From positions 330 through 64,329 of the forward strand of contig JANMGO010000038.1 in assembly GCA_031374665.1 (NCBI GenBank): a stretch of 64,000 bases of DNA, given 5' to 3'. The position numbers and the translations under genes are program-made. How positions within the stretch are numbered: the stretch's first letter is position 1; each line of letters begins with the position of its first letter. Source of the DNA: Akkermansiaceae bacterium (GTDB lineage: Bacteria; Verrucomicrobiota; Verrucomicrobiia; Verrucomicrobiales; Akkermansiaceae). Positions 35,479 to 45,393 of this stretch are shown here, piece after piece. The notes beneath the pieces are model-generated. The model had not been told where the DNA came from. It saw only the letters and a program-made list of their open reading frames with translations, and did no database searches.

Positions 35479-35883
35479 ATGGTTATGGCGATTGAAGGTG
35501 AAGATTTAGCGAAAGCATGTGTGAAAGCAGCGGTGGATATCCAAGCGGAGAACATCCGAGTTTGGGATATGAGGGGGGTTTCGAATCTGACCGACTTCAT
35601 GGTCGTTTGCTCGGGATCCTCGTTGCCGCACTTACGTGCGGTCATTCGTGCAGTCTCCGGAACGGTGGAAATAGAGCATCAAGTGAAGGCCGTTAACTCT
35701 GAGGGTAAAGTGGATTCCAAGTGGGTGGTGCTCGATTACATCGATGTCATGGTACACGTGATGCACGATGAAATGCGCGAATTTTATGGCCTTGAAGAGC
35801 TTTGGGCTGAGGCTAAAGAGATGGAATGGGATGGCACGGGCCAAACTACTGGTGGTCAGCGTAAATCCAATTTCATTCACTGA
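35479..35883 (+). CDS. rsfS: Ribosome silencing factor RsfS (Iojap family)
   Basis: Family-typical blocks are ENIRVWDMRGVSNLTDFMVVCSG, WVVLDYIDVMVHVM and REFYGLEELW. Confidence 0.9.
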   Translation: MVMAIEGEDLAKACVKAAVDIQAENIRVWDMRGVSNLTDFMVVCSGSSLPHLRAVIRAVSGTVEIEHQVKAVNSEGKVDSKWVVLDYIDVMVHVMHDEMREFYGLEELWAEAKEMEWDGTGQTTGGQRKSNFIH

Positions 35884-35956
35884 AATAAGGATCAGCGTTT
35901 TCTGAACGCGGAATAATTCGTTTTTTGAAAGCGTTGGCTGTTGTTCTAACAGTGCT

Positions 35957-37015
35957 CTAAAATCCAAGAACTTGGAGCTGCCATTTCATGAGGAGATCGG
36001 CTGGCTGGGCTTCGTTTGCGGCGATCGATTCGATGACGGAGCGTGAAGCAAGGAGTGAACCATCGATACCAAGATCATTTCCGACTTTGTTGCGGCGTGC
36101 GATCATAGCATCGACGCGATCATCGAATTCGCGATCTTTTTTACGGCGCAATCCGATGGGTCTTGCTGGCCATTCGCTTTCGGGGAGAGAGCGCACGGTG
36201 TCCTGCATTTCTTTGAAACGTTTGATGCGATCGCTGCGAAAATGAGGTGGAAGTTTGATCGGTTTGTTTTCTACCATCTCTGCGCACCATTCGAGCAACT
36301 GGCGGTTAGGTGCGACCATGAAGGACGGGCGATCCCATGCTTCTGCTTCTTTATCGCGCCAATACCAAAGGCCGCGAAGGCAGGCGAGGCCGTAGGGACT
36401 GAGTTTTCCTGAACCGGAAATGCGCCATTGTTCGTCGCGACTTTCATCGCGTTCTCCAACTTTGATTTTTGCTGATTCGCAACTTTCTAGGAACCATGAG
36501 TAGCGATCGAGTTCTTTGAGTTTGGAAACGATTTTATCGCCCATCTCCAAAAGGTAACGAACATCATTCAATGCGTATTCGACCATTGTTGGTGAGAGTG
36601 GGCGTTTGCCCCAATCGGCTTTTTGAGAAGATTTTGATAGAACGATGCCGAAATAATGTTCGACTAAATTTCCGAGTCCGAATTTTTCGACGCCTAGCAA
36701 GCGCGCGCCGATTTGTGTATCGTAAATATTTTTAGGCAAGCAGCCGAACTCGCGTTTGAGCATGGTCATGTCGTAATCGGCGCCATGCATCCAGACGGTT
36801 GCGTCTCTGAGATATTGATCGAGTGGGCTGAGATCTTTGATGGCGAGTGGATCGATTAAGACGCAGTCGTCTCCGGCGGTGAATTGGATGAGACAGAGAG
36901 ACTCTTTATGGCGGTGGAGGCTGTCCGCTTCGGTGTCGATTGCGCAAATTTTCTCGGCTGCGGGTGCGTGGCAGGAGCTGAGGAAATCTTCGAGTTGAGC
37001 AGTGGTGCTAATCAT
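35957..37015 (-). CDS. rnd: Ribonuclease D (DEDDy 3'-5' exonuclease plus HRDC)
   Basis: It has the Exo motifs AIDTEADSL, MHGADYDM and YALNDVRYL, and a C-terminal HRDC-like region. Confidence 0.85.
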   Translation of the reverse strand: MISTTAQLEDFLSSCHAPAAEKICAIDTEADSLHRHKESLCLIQFTAGDDCVLIDPLAIKDLSPLDQYLRDATVWMHGADYDMTMLKREFGCLPKNIYDTQIGARLLGVEKFGLGNLVEHYFGIVLSKSSQKADWGKRPLSPTMVEYALNDVRYLLEMGDKIVSKLKELDRYSWFLESCESAKIKVGERDESRDEQWRISGSGKLSPYGLACLRGLWYWRDKEAEAWDRPSFMVAPNRQLLEWCAEMVENKPIKLPPHFRSDRIKRFKEMQDTVRSLPESEWPARPIGLRRKKDREFDDRVDAMIARRNKVGNDLGIDGSLLASRSVIESIAANEAQPADLLMKWQLQVLGF

Positions 37016-37146
37016 GGTTTGTGATGGAATGAACCTATGACCATGATTTGAAGCTGATTTTCAACGAGTCAAACGGGTTCGAATGCCGCATGAGAAAAGT
37101 GCTATTTTACGGTGTCGGGCAAGGATTTAATCCTCGGGAAAGACAT

Positions 37147-38550
37147 TCAGTTTGGGGTCAGAATGAGGGGTGCTGAGCTGTTTCCGTAGCGATCAAAGGC
37201 GGTGATGGCAATGGAATCGGCCGTTTCAATCGTGATGGATTCAGGGTTGGCTGGGATAATCGCAGTGGTTTTCCAGAGAGTTCCGGACTTGGATTGGATG
37301 ACGATTTTTGAGAAAGCCCCTGTTTTCCATTGAACGACTGTTTGATTTTGTTTGAGTGTGGCGGTGGCTTGGGGAGTGGAGGGTTTGGACTGGCTCAGCC
37401 ATGGCATGGGAGGGATGGCGGCGGGTTGGGGGTAGATTTTGGAAAGCTCCGCATTGATGCCGCCTAGGTCGCTGATGAGACCTTTCGCGCTCCAGTGGAT
37501 GTGGCCGGCCCAGTTGGTTCCGATGGTGCGGGAAAGTTTGATTTGGTTGATGATTTCGGAGGCGGTACGGGTCGGATCTTCTTTGGATTGGATGCGGGTG
37601 GTTGCGATTCCTGGCCAGACGGGGCGGGTTCCTTGTTTGCGCCACCAATCAAGAAGTGCGGTGTAGGACTGTTTTTTGGGTTCTATTCTCCAGTAAAGCT
37701 GCGGAGCGAGGTAATCGACCCAGCCGTTTTTCAGCCATTTCCGGGAGTCTCCAGCGAGGTGTTCGTAGGAATCAACCCCGGCTTCGATGCCTTCGGGGAC
37801 TCCGGGTCGCCAGATTCCGAAAGGACTGATGCCGACCCGAACCCATGGTTTTTCCTTTTTCACGGATTGGTAGAGTTGCTGAATAAAGGCATCGACGACT
37901 GCGCGGCGTTCGGCAGGGGTTTTGCCATCTTCGAAGCGAAGGTTTCCGGATGGGTAGGGATAAAAGTAATCATCGAGGTGGATGCCATCGACATCGTATC
38001 TTCGGAGGACATCGAGGATGGCTGTCATGGCCTGTGTGCGAGTATCGGGATGCGATGGATCGGCCCAAAGCATGGTTCCGTAGGTGCGGATGACATGAGG
38101 TTTGGTTTGGCTGATGTGATCTTTGGAAACTGGATGTTCTATGTTAGCGAGAGCACGAAAGGGATTGAACCATGCATGGATTTCAATGCCGCGGGCGTGG
38201 CCTTCTTGGATCCAATACGCGAGGGGATCGTAACCTGGAGATTTCCCCATGGTTCCTGTTAGCCATGGAGACCAAGGCTCATACTTGGATATATATAATG
38301 CATCAGCATGAGGCCGCACTTGCAGAATGGCGGCGTTCATATTTAGCGAAGCGAGTTTATCAAGAATGGCGATTGCTTCGGCTTTTTGCGCGGTTTCGCT
38401 CAGACCTTTTTTCGATGGCCAATCGATATTGTAAACCGTAGCGATCCACGCTGCGCGGAATTCATGCTCGATGCTTGGAGGTTGTTCCTGTGCGTGGAGG
38501 TTTAAAGTCGCTGAGATGGCGTAGAAGAGAGGAAAGAACCATCGGATCAT
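37147..38550 (-). CDS. Glycoside-hydrolase-like GHL10 family protein (YngK/YddW-type), secreted
   Basis: It has a signal peptide. FRAAWIATVYNIDWPS is typical of GHL10/DUF187 TIM-barrel proteins, as is HAWFNPF. The C-terminus is an Ig-like beta region. Confidence 0.7.
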   Translation of the reverse strand: MIRWFFPLFYAISATLNLHAQEQPPSIEHEFRAAWIATVYNIDWPSKKGLSETAQKAEAIAILDKLASLNMNAAILQVRPHADALYISKYEPWSPWLTGTMGKSPGYDPLAYWIQEGHARGIEIHAWFNPFRALANIEHPVSKDHISQTKPHVIRTYGTMLWADPSHPDTRTQAMTAILDVLRRYDVDGIHLDDYFYPYPSGNLRFEDGKTPAERRAVVDAFIQQLYQSVKKEKPWVRVGISPFGIWRPGVPEGIEAGVDSYEHLAGDSRKWLKNGWVDYLAPQLYWRIEPKKQSYTALLDWWRKQGTRPVWPGIATTRIQSKEDPTRTASEIINQIKLSRTIGTNWAGHIHWSAKGLISDLGGINAELSKIYPQPAAIPPMPWLSQSKPSTPQATATLKQNQTVVQWKTGAFSKIVIQSKSGTLWKTTAIIPANPESITIETADSIAITAFDRYGNSSAPLILTPN

Positions 38551-38572
38551 GACTGGGTGAAGAGATTATGAA

Positions 38573-38806
38573 TTAGTAGCCGACAAAGAACTGATACATT
38601 TCGTATAACATTTTGACTGCCATAACGCACAGTAAGTAAAGGGTGTAGGTTACGGAAATAGTGATGGCTGTGATTCCGGTTTTCCATTTCATGGAAATGG
38701 TTGGATGAAACCAGATGAGGGGTAAGGCAAGTGGACCTATGCTCAGAAGCATAAAGATCACAAATGCCTTACTGAAATACCATGGGATGATTATGGGTTT
38801 TTCCAA
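38573..38806 (-). CDS. Small membrane protein (77 aa, 2-3 TM)
   Basis: The ORF is strongly hydrophobic and tightly packed between neighbours on the same strand. There is no recognisable motif. Confidence 0.4.
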   Translation of the reverse strand: MEKPIIIPWYFSKAFVIFMLLSIGPLALPLIWFHPTISMKWKTGITAITISVTYTLYLLCVMAVKMLYEMYQFFVGY

Positions 38807-38815
38807 CGGGTAAAG

Positions 38816-39958
38816 TTACTTGATGCCTTTGAGAATTTGTTTGCGGAGTTCGACGACATCAATCTCCTCGCTGTGTGTCCACAGAATTTCACCTTCGGGA
38901 GAGATGATGACGGTGAAGGGAAGAGCGCCGGTCCATTCTGGATAAATGGCTTCTGCGAGCTTATCTGGATTTCCACCGTTCCAGATGTAGTTGTTAGATG
39001 TGCGACCTTCTTTTTCCATGGAAGGTTTAGTTCTCTTGGAAAGAGCGGCATGTCTGGATTCTAAGAATTTTTTGGCTTTCGCTTTTTGTTCGAGGGGATC
39101 CATGGAGATAGTAATGAAATCCACATTGCGATTTTGGAAACGGCGGTAGGTGTCAACTAGATCAGGAAATTCTGCGACACAAGGACCGCAGGTGGTGGAC
39201 CAGAAGTTGATTACACGAACGTTGCCGGATTTGTTTTCGCGGAGTTTTTTCGCGAGTGGTTCGTCTAGTTCATCAAGAGTGACTGGCATTTCCTCCCAAG
39301 CTTTTTGTTCTTTAACGACGCTTTCTGCTTTGAACAGCCATTTCGTTGAGCAGCCGAATGAGCGGGTGACGGGTTCTTCGATTTCTTTTCCTGCAAGGAG
39401 GGCATCGAAGGCATTGCGGAGGTAAGATTTTTCCACGGGGCCGGAAGATCTGCCGGCGTCGTCCATGCGGCCTGTGTAACGAAGTTTGCGCTCCGAATCG
39501 AAAACGAAAACATGAGGAGTGGATTGAGCGCCACATGCGATAGCGAATTTCTGAGTTTCCGCGTCGTAGAGATAGGGGAGAGTCCAGCCATGGCTATCGG
39601 CGAAGGGTTTCATTTCCTCAAAGGAATCTCCGTAAGGGGAGTAGCCTAGTTCATCAGGGCGAAGAGCGATCGGGTTGTTTGAGCTAATGGCAACGACAGC
39701 GACTTCTTTGTCTTTATAGTCCTTGTGTATTTGTTCCATGCGGGATGCAGCGGCAACGGAATCAGGGCAGTGATTACTAGTGAAGATAATGCAGAGAATT
39801 TTAGCATTTGCGTAGGTGGCCTCGGTGTGGGTTTTGCCATCAATGCCAGGTAACGAAAAGGCTGGAAGGATAGAACCGATAGGGAGGACCTTTGGGGCTT
39901 CTTCAGAGAAGGCTAAACCGCTCAACATGGGTAATAATAGAAGTAAGATATGTTTCAT
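38816..39958 (-). CDS. Secreted double thioredoxin-fold protein (redoxin/TlpA-like)
   Basis: It has a signal peptide. The first domain carries FTSNHCPDS. The second carries the canonical FWSTTCGPCVAEFP (CGPC). Confidence 0.75.
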   Translation of the reverse strand: MKHILLLLLPMLSGLAFSEEAPKVLPIGSILPAFSLPGIDGKTHTEATYANAKILCIIFTSNHCPDSVAAASRMEQIHKDYKDKEVAVVAISSNNPIALRPDELGYSPYGDSFEEMKPFADSHGWTLPYLYDAETQKFAIACGAQSTPHVFVFDSERKLRYTGRMDDAGRSSGPVEKSYLRNAFDALLAGKEIEEPVTRSFGCSTKWLFKAESVVKEQKAWEEMPVTLDELDEPLAKKLRENKSGNVRVINFWSTTCGPCVAEFPDLVDTYRRFQNRNVDFITISMDPLEQKAKAKKFLESRHAALSKRTKPSMEKEGRTSNNYIWNGGNPDKLAEAIYPEWTGALPFTVIISPEGEILWTHSEEIDVVELRKQILKGIK

Positions 39959-40134
39959 ATTCGGTCGTTACGTTAGCGAGATTCAATTCATTACAAAGTG
40001 GAAAATCTCTATCATGGGGGTTCGGATGCTCGGAGGGCTGGATTGGGGGTTGTGATATCCTAAAGATAAGTTAAATATTTGTCTGGCAATGGGTTGAAAA
40101 TTTATTTAGGAAATACGAAACAATTTTCTTAGCC

Positions 40135-40764
40135 ATGCCCTCTACCAACGAATACACCCATCCAATAAACGTTCGTTCAAGACAACTCGATATGCCGACT
40201 CGTGTAGGTTATCAGGACGACTACGATGATAAAATCAAGAGCGCGCAGCTTGAATTGGAGCGAATCCAGCTAGAGCGCGAGGAGCTTGAGCGGAAAAAAC
40301 GTGAGCTAGAAGAGCTCACCAGTCGCAAACGTGCGTTTCTTTCTCAGCAGGTCGAGCTTACGGAAAAACTCTCCGCAGCGATTACGCTGATTGACCGAGA
40401 ATTGCATGAATTGAGGGAAGAGACCGACCAACTTGAGCAGTGCCGGGTTTGTTTTTCCGATCATTTGGACAAAATCCAGAAGCACGATCCCGAGAAATGG
40501 ACGCGTGATAATCTTCCTGATAGACTGGAAAAAGCGACAGCTGTGACGGATATGGCAGCAGATGAATATGATCAAGCGGCTGCATATTTCGAAGGAACCC
40601 GAGCTGGCGGTATTTTCGGCAGACCATCCAAAGGCGGTCGTCGTAAGGCAAAGTCCCAAAAAACCGAATCTGAATTTCTTGAGCAACTGGTGAACGGCTT
40701 CGCCTTCAACTTGCCTATCATCGTCCTTGGTGCGGTAGGTCTAGTGGTTTATTTCATCAAATAG
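40135..40764 (+). CDS. Tail-anchored coiled-coil protein (209 aa), function unknown
   Basis: It has long heptad-like Glu/Arg/Leu stretches (LELERIQLEREELERKKRELEEL...) and a single TM at the extreme C-terminus (FAFNLPIIVLGAVGLVVYFIK). Confidence 0.6.
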   Translation: MPSTNEYTHPINVRSRQLDMPTRVGYQDDYDDKIKSAQLELERIQLEREELERKKRELEELTSRKRAFLSQQVELTEKLSAAITLIDRELHELREETDQLEQCRVCFSDHLDKIQKHDPEKWTRDNLPDRLEKATAVTDMAADEYDQAAAYFEGTRAGGIFGRPSKGGRRKAKSQKTESEFLEQLVNGFAFNLPIIVLGAVGLVVYFIK

Positions 40765-40768
40765 AACG

Positions 40769-41098
40769 ATGGCAAAGTTGAAACAAGCGAGCCTGTTTGA
40801 TGAAGATTATGAGTTAAAAGCTCTACGTGAAAAAGAGCGCAAACTTGCCGAGGCTCAGAAGGAATACCAAAAGCTGCCTGCTTTGTTAGCTAAGCAGAAA
40901 CAAGAGAACGATGCGACGATGCCGCCCATGGCGGAAATCAAAGAGCGCCAGAAGTTCAACCGTTTTGAACAAAGCTTGAGCCGAGGTCAGATTGAAAATG
41001 TCCTGCGCACGCAGCGGCAGAGTTTTGGGATGACGTTGATGTTGATCGCTGCCACCATTTTAATGGTGATGTGGGCGCTTCGCATCATGTCTGCTTGA
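40769..41098 (+). CDS. Tail-anchored coiled-coil protein (109 aa), function unknown
   Basis: It begins 5 nt after the upstream stop. It has a charged helical N-part (KALREKERKLAEAQKEYQKL) and a C-terminal TM (MTLMLIAATILMVMWALRI). Confidence 0.55.
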   Translation: MAKLKQASLFDEDYELKALREKERKLAEAQKEYQKLPALLAKQKQENDATMPPMAEIKERQKFNRFEQSLSRGQIENVLRTQRQSFGMTLMLIAATILMVMWALRIMSA

Positions 41099-41099
41099 T

Positions 41100-42002
41100 T
41101 TACGGACGCTCCCAAGGCTCAACGAGTCGCTCTGCGGAACGAGGCTCTAAGTGGGAAATGACCCGGCCCTCAGGCCCAATGAGATTTGAGATTTTTGCTT
41201 CGATCTCCGTTGCGTGATCATGTGCCTCCGAGAGTTTCATGTCATTGGGGAAAACTAGATGAAACTCGACCCAATGGAAATGCCCCGAGTGGCGATGTCT
41301 GAAATTGTGATAGGTAAGATCCCTTTCCGCGACCGATTGATCTAACAGATCTCGAGCGAGTTTTTCGATAACGGGATCGGCCTCATCGAGCAGTCCACCG
41401 AAACTCTCTTTGATGAGTTTTAGACCGACGCGTAGAATATTCAGAGCGGCGATGCTGGCGAAGATAGGATCCCACAAAGGCCAATCGGTAAATATGATGA
41501 GCATCAGCGCGACGAGCGCAGCGAGGCTGGACCATACATCGGTGAGGACATGGATTCCATTTGCTCGAATCAACGGTGAAGATGTGCGTTTCCCTACATT
41601 GAGTAATGTAAGTCCGAGGGCGAGATTGATGAGAGCTGCAACCCCAGTGATCCAAATACCCAAGGCGAGGTTTCTAATTTCCACTCCGTAGATAAATTGT
41701 CTAACTGCCTCGTAAAGAATGAGAATGGCAGCGGCGGAAATCATCGCGCCTTCAAATCCTGCGGAGATGAAGGAAATTTTGTCGTGGCCGAAGTGGTGGG
41801 TTTCATCGGCTGGCTTTCTCGCCAAGCGCAGAGCCCAAGAAGCGAAGGCGACAGCGAACACATGAACCACTGATTCCGCAGCATCAGAATAGATCGCAGA
41901 GGAGTTGGTGTTGAAAGCAGCAAAGACTTTCAGCGCGAGCAAGAAGATCGCTACGACAAGAGACAAGTTCATCACCTGTCGTTGAATGTCTGGTGCTGGC
42001 AT
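41100..42002 (-). CDS. Cation diffusion facilitator family transporter (CzcD/FieF-like)
   Basis: It has six TM segments, the SDAAESVVH and HVLTDVW metal-site motifs, and a C-terminal cytoplasmic domain. Confidence 0.85.
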   Translation of the reverse strand: MPAPDIQRQVMNLSLVVAIFLLALKVFAAFNTNSSAIYSDAAESVVHVFAVAFASWALRLARKPADETHHFGHDKISFISAGFEGAMISAAAILILYEAVRQFIYGVEIRNLALGIWITGVAALINLALGLTLLNVGKRTSSPLIRANGIHVLTDVWSSLAALVALMLIIFTDWPLWDPIFASIAALNILRVGLKLIKESFGGLLDEADPVIEKLARDLLDQSVAERDLTYHNFRHRHSGHFHWVEFHLVFPNDMKLSEAHDHATEIEAKISNLIGPEGRVISHLEPRSAERLVEPWERP

Positions 42003-42013
42003 AAGTTAGAATT

Positions 42014-43303
42014 TTAGGCTTTCATCAGGCGTTCGATGTCGTCCGGTTCGATGGGAATGGAAGCCATGAGGTCGATGTTTTCAGTTTCGCCGATGTAGTA
42101 ATCATTTTCGAGGCGGATGCCGAGGTTTTCTTCGCGGATATAGATACCGGGTTCGATGGTGAAAAGCATGCCCGGAGCAACGACTTCGAAGGGAGGTGAT
42201 ACGTCATGCACATCGAGACCGAGATGGTGAGAAACGCCGTGCATGAAATATTTACTCACGAGTGGCTTGGTCTCATCTTGAGCGGCAGCTTGTTCTGCGG
42301 TGAATAACCCAAGACCGACGAGTTCCTTTTCAATTTCTGCGACGACTCGCTTTTGATAATCGGGAAGTGCAATACCGGGACGAAGTACAGCGTCAGAAAA
42401 ATGCATAATTCGAAGCACAGCTTCATAGACTTGGAGCTGGCGCGCTGTGAACTTACCATTCACAGGAATCGTGCGAGTCATGTCAGCGTTCCAGCCGGCG
42501 TATTCGCATGCGACATCGAGTAGGAGCATTTCGCCGTCTTTGAGAACTTGGTCATTATCGATGTAATGGAGAACGCAGGCATTCGCGCCACCCGCGATGA
42601 TGGGAGTGTAGGCGAAACCCCGGGAACCAGATTTGACGAACTCGTAAATGAACTCGGCCTCCACTTCCCATTCGCCAACGCCGGGTTTGACGAATTCTAG
42701 AATACGGCGAAAACCAGCTTCGGTGATGTCACAGGCTTTTTGAGTCAGTGCGATTTCCTCATCCGATTTTATCATGCGGAGCTTCTGAAGCAGCGGGGTG
42801 AGTCGGCCGTAATGGTGTAGGGGAAACTTGCTTTGGCATTCGGTGATGAAGCGGCTGTTCCGAGTTTCGGTGAATGTTGTGCAACGGGGATGTTCGTTAG
42901 TGGACAGGAAAATGGAATCTGCCTGCAATGCGGCTGGGTTGAAAAGTGAGTCGAACTGATTCACCCACTCAATGCGTTGAATGCCGCTTCGTTCTCTTGC
43001 TTGTTCTTTGGTTAACTTCGCACCTTCCCAGATGGCAATTTTTTCGTTCGTTTCGCGGATGAACAGAATTTCCCGGATGTTCTCATTTTTAGCACCGGGA
43101 TAAAGAAACAGGATGCTTTCTTCCTGAGCGATGCCAGTGAGGTAAAAGAGATCGCTGTTTTGTTTGAAGGGAAGGGTGGCGTCGGCGTTGCTTGAGTAGA
43201 TCTCGTTTGAATGAATGACAGCGATAGCGTTTTTTGGGAGGAGGTCCACTAGCCGGCTTAGGTTTTTTTTAAAGAGTGCGGAAGATGGAGATTGAGAGCG
43301 CAT
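42014..43303 (-). CDS. pepP: Xaa-Pro aminopeptidase (M24B)
   Basis: It has an AMP_N-type N-domain. The pita-bread metal ligands are LLLDVACEYAGWNADMTRT, HGVSHHLGLDVHD, FTIEPG and IRLEND. I place the start at the internal ATG 43303, which avoids overlap with the divergent trpF region. Confidence 0.85.
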   Translation of the reverse strand: MRSQSPSSALFKKNLSRLVDLLPKNAIAVIHSNEIYSSNADATLPFKQNSDLFYLTGIAQEESILFLYPGAKNENIREILFIRETNEKIAIWEGAKLTKEQARERSGIQRIEWVNQFDSLFNPAALQADSIFLSTNEHPRCTTFTETRNSRFITECQSKFPLHHYGRLTPLLQKLRMIKSDEEIALTQKACDITEAGFRRILEFVKPGVGEWEVEAEFIYEFVKSGSRGFAYTPIIAGGANACVLHYIDNDQVLKDGEMLLLDVACEYAGWNADMTRTIPVNGKFTARQLQVYEAVLRIMHFSDAVLRPGIALPDYQKRVVAEIEKELVGLGLFTAEQAAAQDETKPLVSKYFMHGVSHHLGLDVHDVSPPFEVVAPGMLFTIEPGIYIREENLGIRLENDYYIGETENIDLMASIPIEPDDIERLMKA

Positions 43304-43453
43304 ATTGGAGGAAATTGATGAGTCATCGAAATAAATGAGGGACCGAGTGTCGAGGCTGGCTTGAGATTCTTTTTGCGAAATTAAGTTTGGTTTTATCCGT
43401 GTGACCACTTGCAAAACCATTTGTGCTGTGAACACGCTCTTGCGCAGCGATTT

Positions 43454-44104
43454 ATGGATTTTTTCTCAACAGACCAAACTTCACTCAAAATCTGCGGTGT
43501 CCGGACCGAGGCGGATGCTCAGGATTTGATTGATCTTGGCGTCGATGCTGCGGGGTTTAATTTCTGGCCTCACTCGAAACGGTATTTGGATCCCAAAGAT
43601 GCGGCTTGGTTGAAAAGTCTTAAAGGCAAGATTTTGCGGGTGGGTGTGTTCGTCAACCAACCGTCGGAATTATCGCTGCGGCTGATTTCCGATGGGATGA
43701 TCGATGCGGTCCAACTACATGGTGATGAAGATCCGGAGGCAGCGGCGATATTTTCAGATGCCGGCATTAAAGTGATCAAAGCCATCGGTGTAAAAAATCC
43801 TGCGGATATTGAAAGAGCGGGTGAGTTTCAAGTGGACGCCATTTTGCTAGATGCGCATGCGCCCATCGTTTTCGGTGGAACGGGGGAAACGTTCGATTGG
43901 AGCTTAGCACTGGATTTTAAAACACGTTTTCCGAATACCGCGATGATCCTTGCAGGTGGAATCACTCCGCAGAATGCAGCGATGGCGATTTTACAAGTGA
44001 AGCCCTCGGCGTTGGATATCGCTTCGGGTGCTGAAGTTTCACCTGGCGTCAAAGATTTCACCAAGGTCCAGCAATTGTTGGATGCCTGCCGACGTGCGTT
44101 ATGA
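43454..44104 (+). CDS. trpF: Phosphoribosylanthranilate isomerase
   Basis: It has LKICGV, DAAGFNFWPHSKRY, VQLHGDE and ILAGGITPQN. The ATG at 43454 is preferred over 43409. Confidence 0.85.
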   Translation: MDFFSTDQTSLKICGVRTEADAQDLIDLGVDAAGFNFWPHSKRYLDPKDAAWLKSLKGKILRVGVFVNQPSELSLRLISDGMIDAVQLHGDEDPEAAAIFSDAGIKVIKAIGVKNPADIERAGEFQVDAILLDAHAPIVFGGTGETFDWSLALDFKTRFPNTAMILAGGITPQNAAMAILQVKPSALDIASGAEVSPGVKDFTKVQQLLDACRRAL

Positions 44105-44916
44105 TTACCGACTCTCATTGCCACCTAGCATCGCATCGCTACGCGGATCAAGATGTCGCTCATATCATAGCGCGTGCGAAATCAGCCGGGGTGCATCGCA
44201 TGGTCACCTTGGCGACTTCATTAGATGACATTCCCCGAAATCTTGAGATTGCGAATCATGCAGGCGTTTCCGCAGCGATCGGAATTCATCCCTGCGATGT
44301 GCATCACGCTCCCGCTGATGTGATCGAGAAACTTTCCGTATATGTCAGTGATCCGCGGGTGTGCGCGATTGGGGAAACCGGACTGGATTATTATCACCCA
44401 GCGCCGGATGGATGGACCGATTCGGATTTCCGATCCAAGCAGCGAGATCTTCTCGACCAACATTTCGAGCTAGCAGCGAGATCTGGTCTGAACGTAGTCA
44501 TTCACACGAGAGACCTTGAGGGTTGCCAGTCTTTTGAAGACTCGCTATATATATACCGAAAATATTCGGATCGAGTACGGGCAGTTTTCCATTGTTTCAT
44601 TTCATCATGGGATCTGGCGGAGCAGGTCATAGCAGAAGGGGGGCTAGTTTCCTTTGGAGGTGTGACGACCTTTAAAAAATCTGATCTCGTGAAGGACACC
44701 GTCGCACGTTGTCCGGCCGGTCGTTTCATGTTGGAAACCGATTCGCCCTACCTTGCGCCGGAGCCGATGCGTGGAAAACAAAATGAGCCTGCATACACTA
44801 CATACATTGCTGAGGTCATCGCTGCTCTGAGGGGGGAGTCGCTTGTGGAGCTCGCTACCCATACTGAACAGACTGCGAATGATTTTTTTCGGTGGAAATC
44901 AGATTCCCTTGAATGA
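44101..44916 (+). CDS. TatD-family metal-dependent hydrolase
   Basis: It has MITDSHCHL, GETGLDY, VIHTRD, FHCF and the ETDSPYL motifs. An ATGA overlap joins it to trpF. Confidence 0.85.
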   Translation: MITDSHCHLASHRYADQDVAHIIARAKSAGVHRMVTLATSLDDIPRNLEIANHAGVSAAIGIHPCDVHHAPADVIEKLSVYVSDPRVCAIGETGLDYYHPAPDGWTDSDFRSKQRDLLDQHFELAARSGLNVVIHTRDLEGCQSFEDSLYIYRKYSDRVRAVFHCFISSWDLAEQVIAEGGLVSFGGVTTFKKSDLVKDTVARCPAGRFMLETDSPYLAPEPMRGKQNEPAYTTYIAEVIAALRGESLVELATHTEQTANDFFRWKSDSLE

Positions 44917-44987
44917 ATTGTGCACTGGCAATCGCTATTTATTCTGTTAAACCGAGCTCACATTTTTCTGCGTCAATCTATTCAATT

Positions 44988-45389
44988 ATGAAAATTACTT
45001 ACTATCTTACAATTGCAGCACTTATTTCACTTGCCGTTTCCTGTGCCCCAAAAACAGGCGGAGATGGATACGATGTTTCAAATCCTTACGCGGCTCCCGA
45101 TTACACGGATGATTCTGGCACACCTGTTGTTCCTAGTGATGTGAACCCTGTCTACGATGCACCGGCAGCATATGAAGATGTCACTGTTGCTCCTGAAGTT
45201 AGTGCTCCTAAAGTTAATGCTCCTCCCTCCACTCCATCTGCACCAAAAGTACATACAGTTGGACGTGGCGATACTCTTTGGGGCTTGAGCAAACAATATG
45301 GAGTTCCCGCGGCATCTATCAAAGCGGCAAACGGCTTAACTCGGGATACCATCGTCATGGGAGCTAAGCTGAAAATCCCGGCAAAATAA
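44988..45389 (+). CDS. LysM-domain lipoprotein
   Basis: It has a lipobox-like LISLAVSC, a Pro/Ala/Val-rich linker, and a C-terminal LysM (HTVGRGDTLWGLSKQYGVPAASIKAANGL...GAKLKIP). Confidence 0.75.
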   Translation: MKITYYLTIAALISLAVSCAPKTGGDGYDVSNPYAAPDYTDDSGTPVVPSDVNPVYDAPAAYEDVTVAPEVSAPKVNAPPSTPSAPKVHTVGRGDTLWGLSKQYGVPAASIKAANGLTRDTIVMGAKLKIPAK

Positions 45390-45393
45390 TTAA

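Noticed and set aside
37060-37100. tRNA-like T-arm motif (GGGTTCGAATGCC); similarly TTCGAACC at 31444-31451
   Set aside because: No acceptor, D or anticodon stems can be built around either site. They are isolated matches inside intergenic or repeat DNA.
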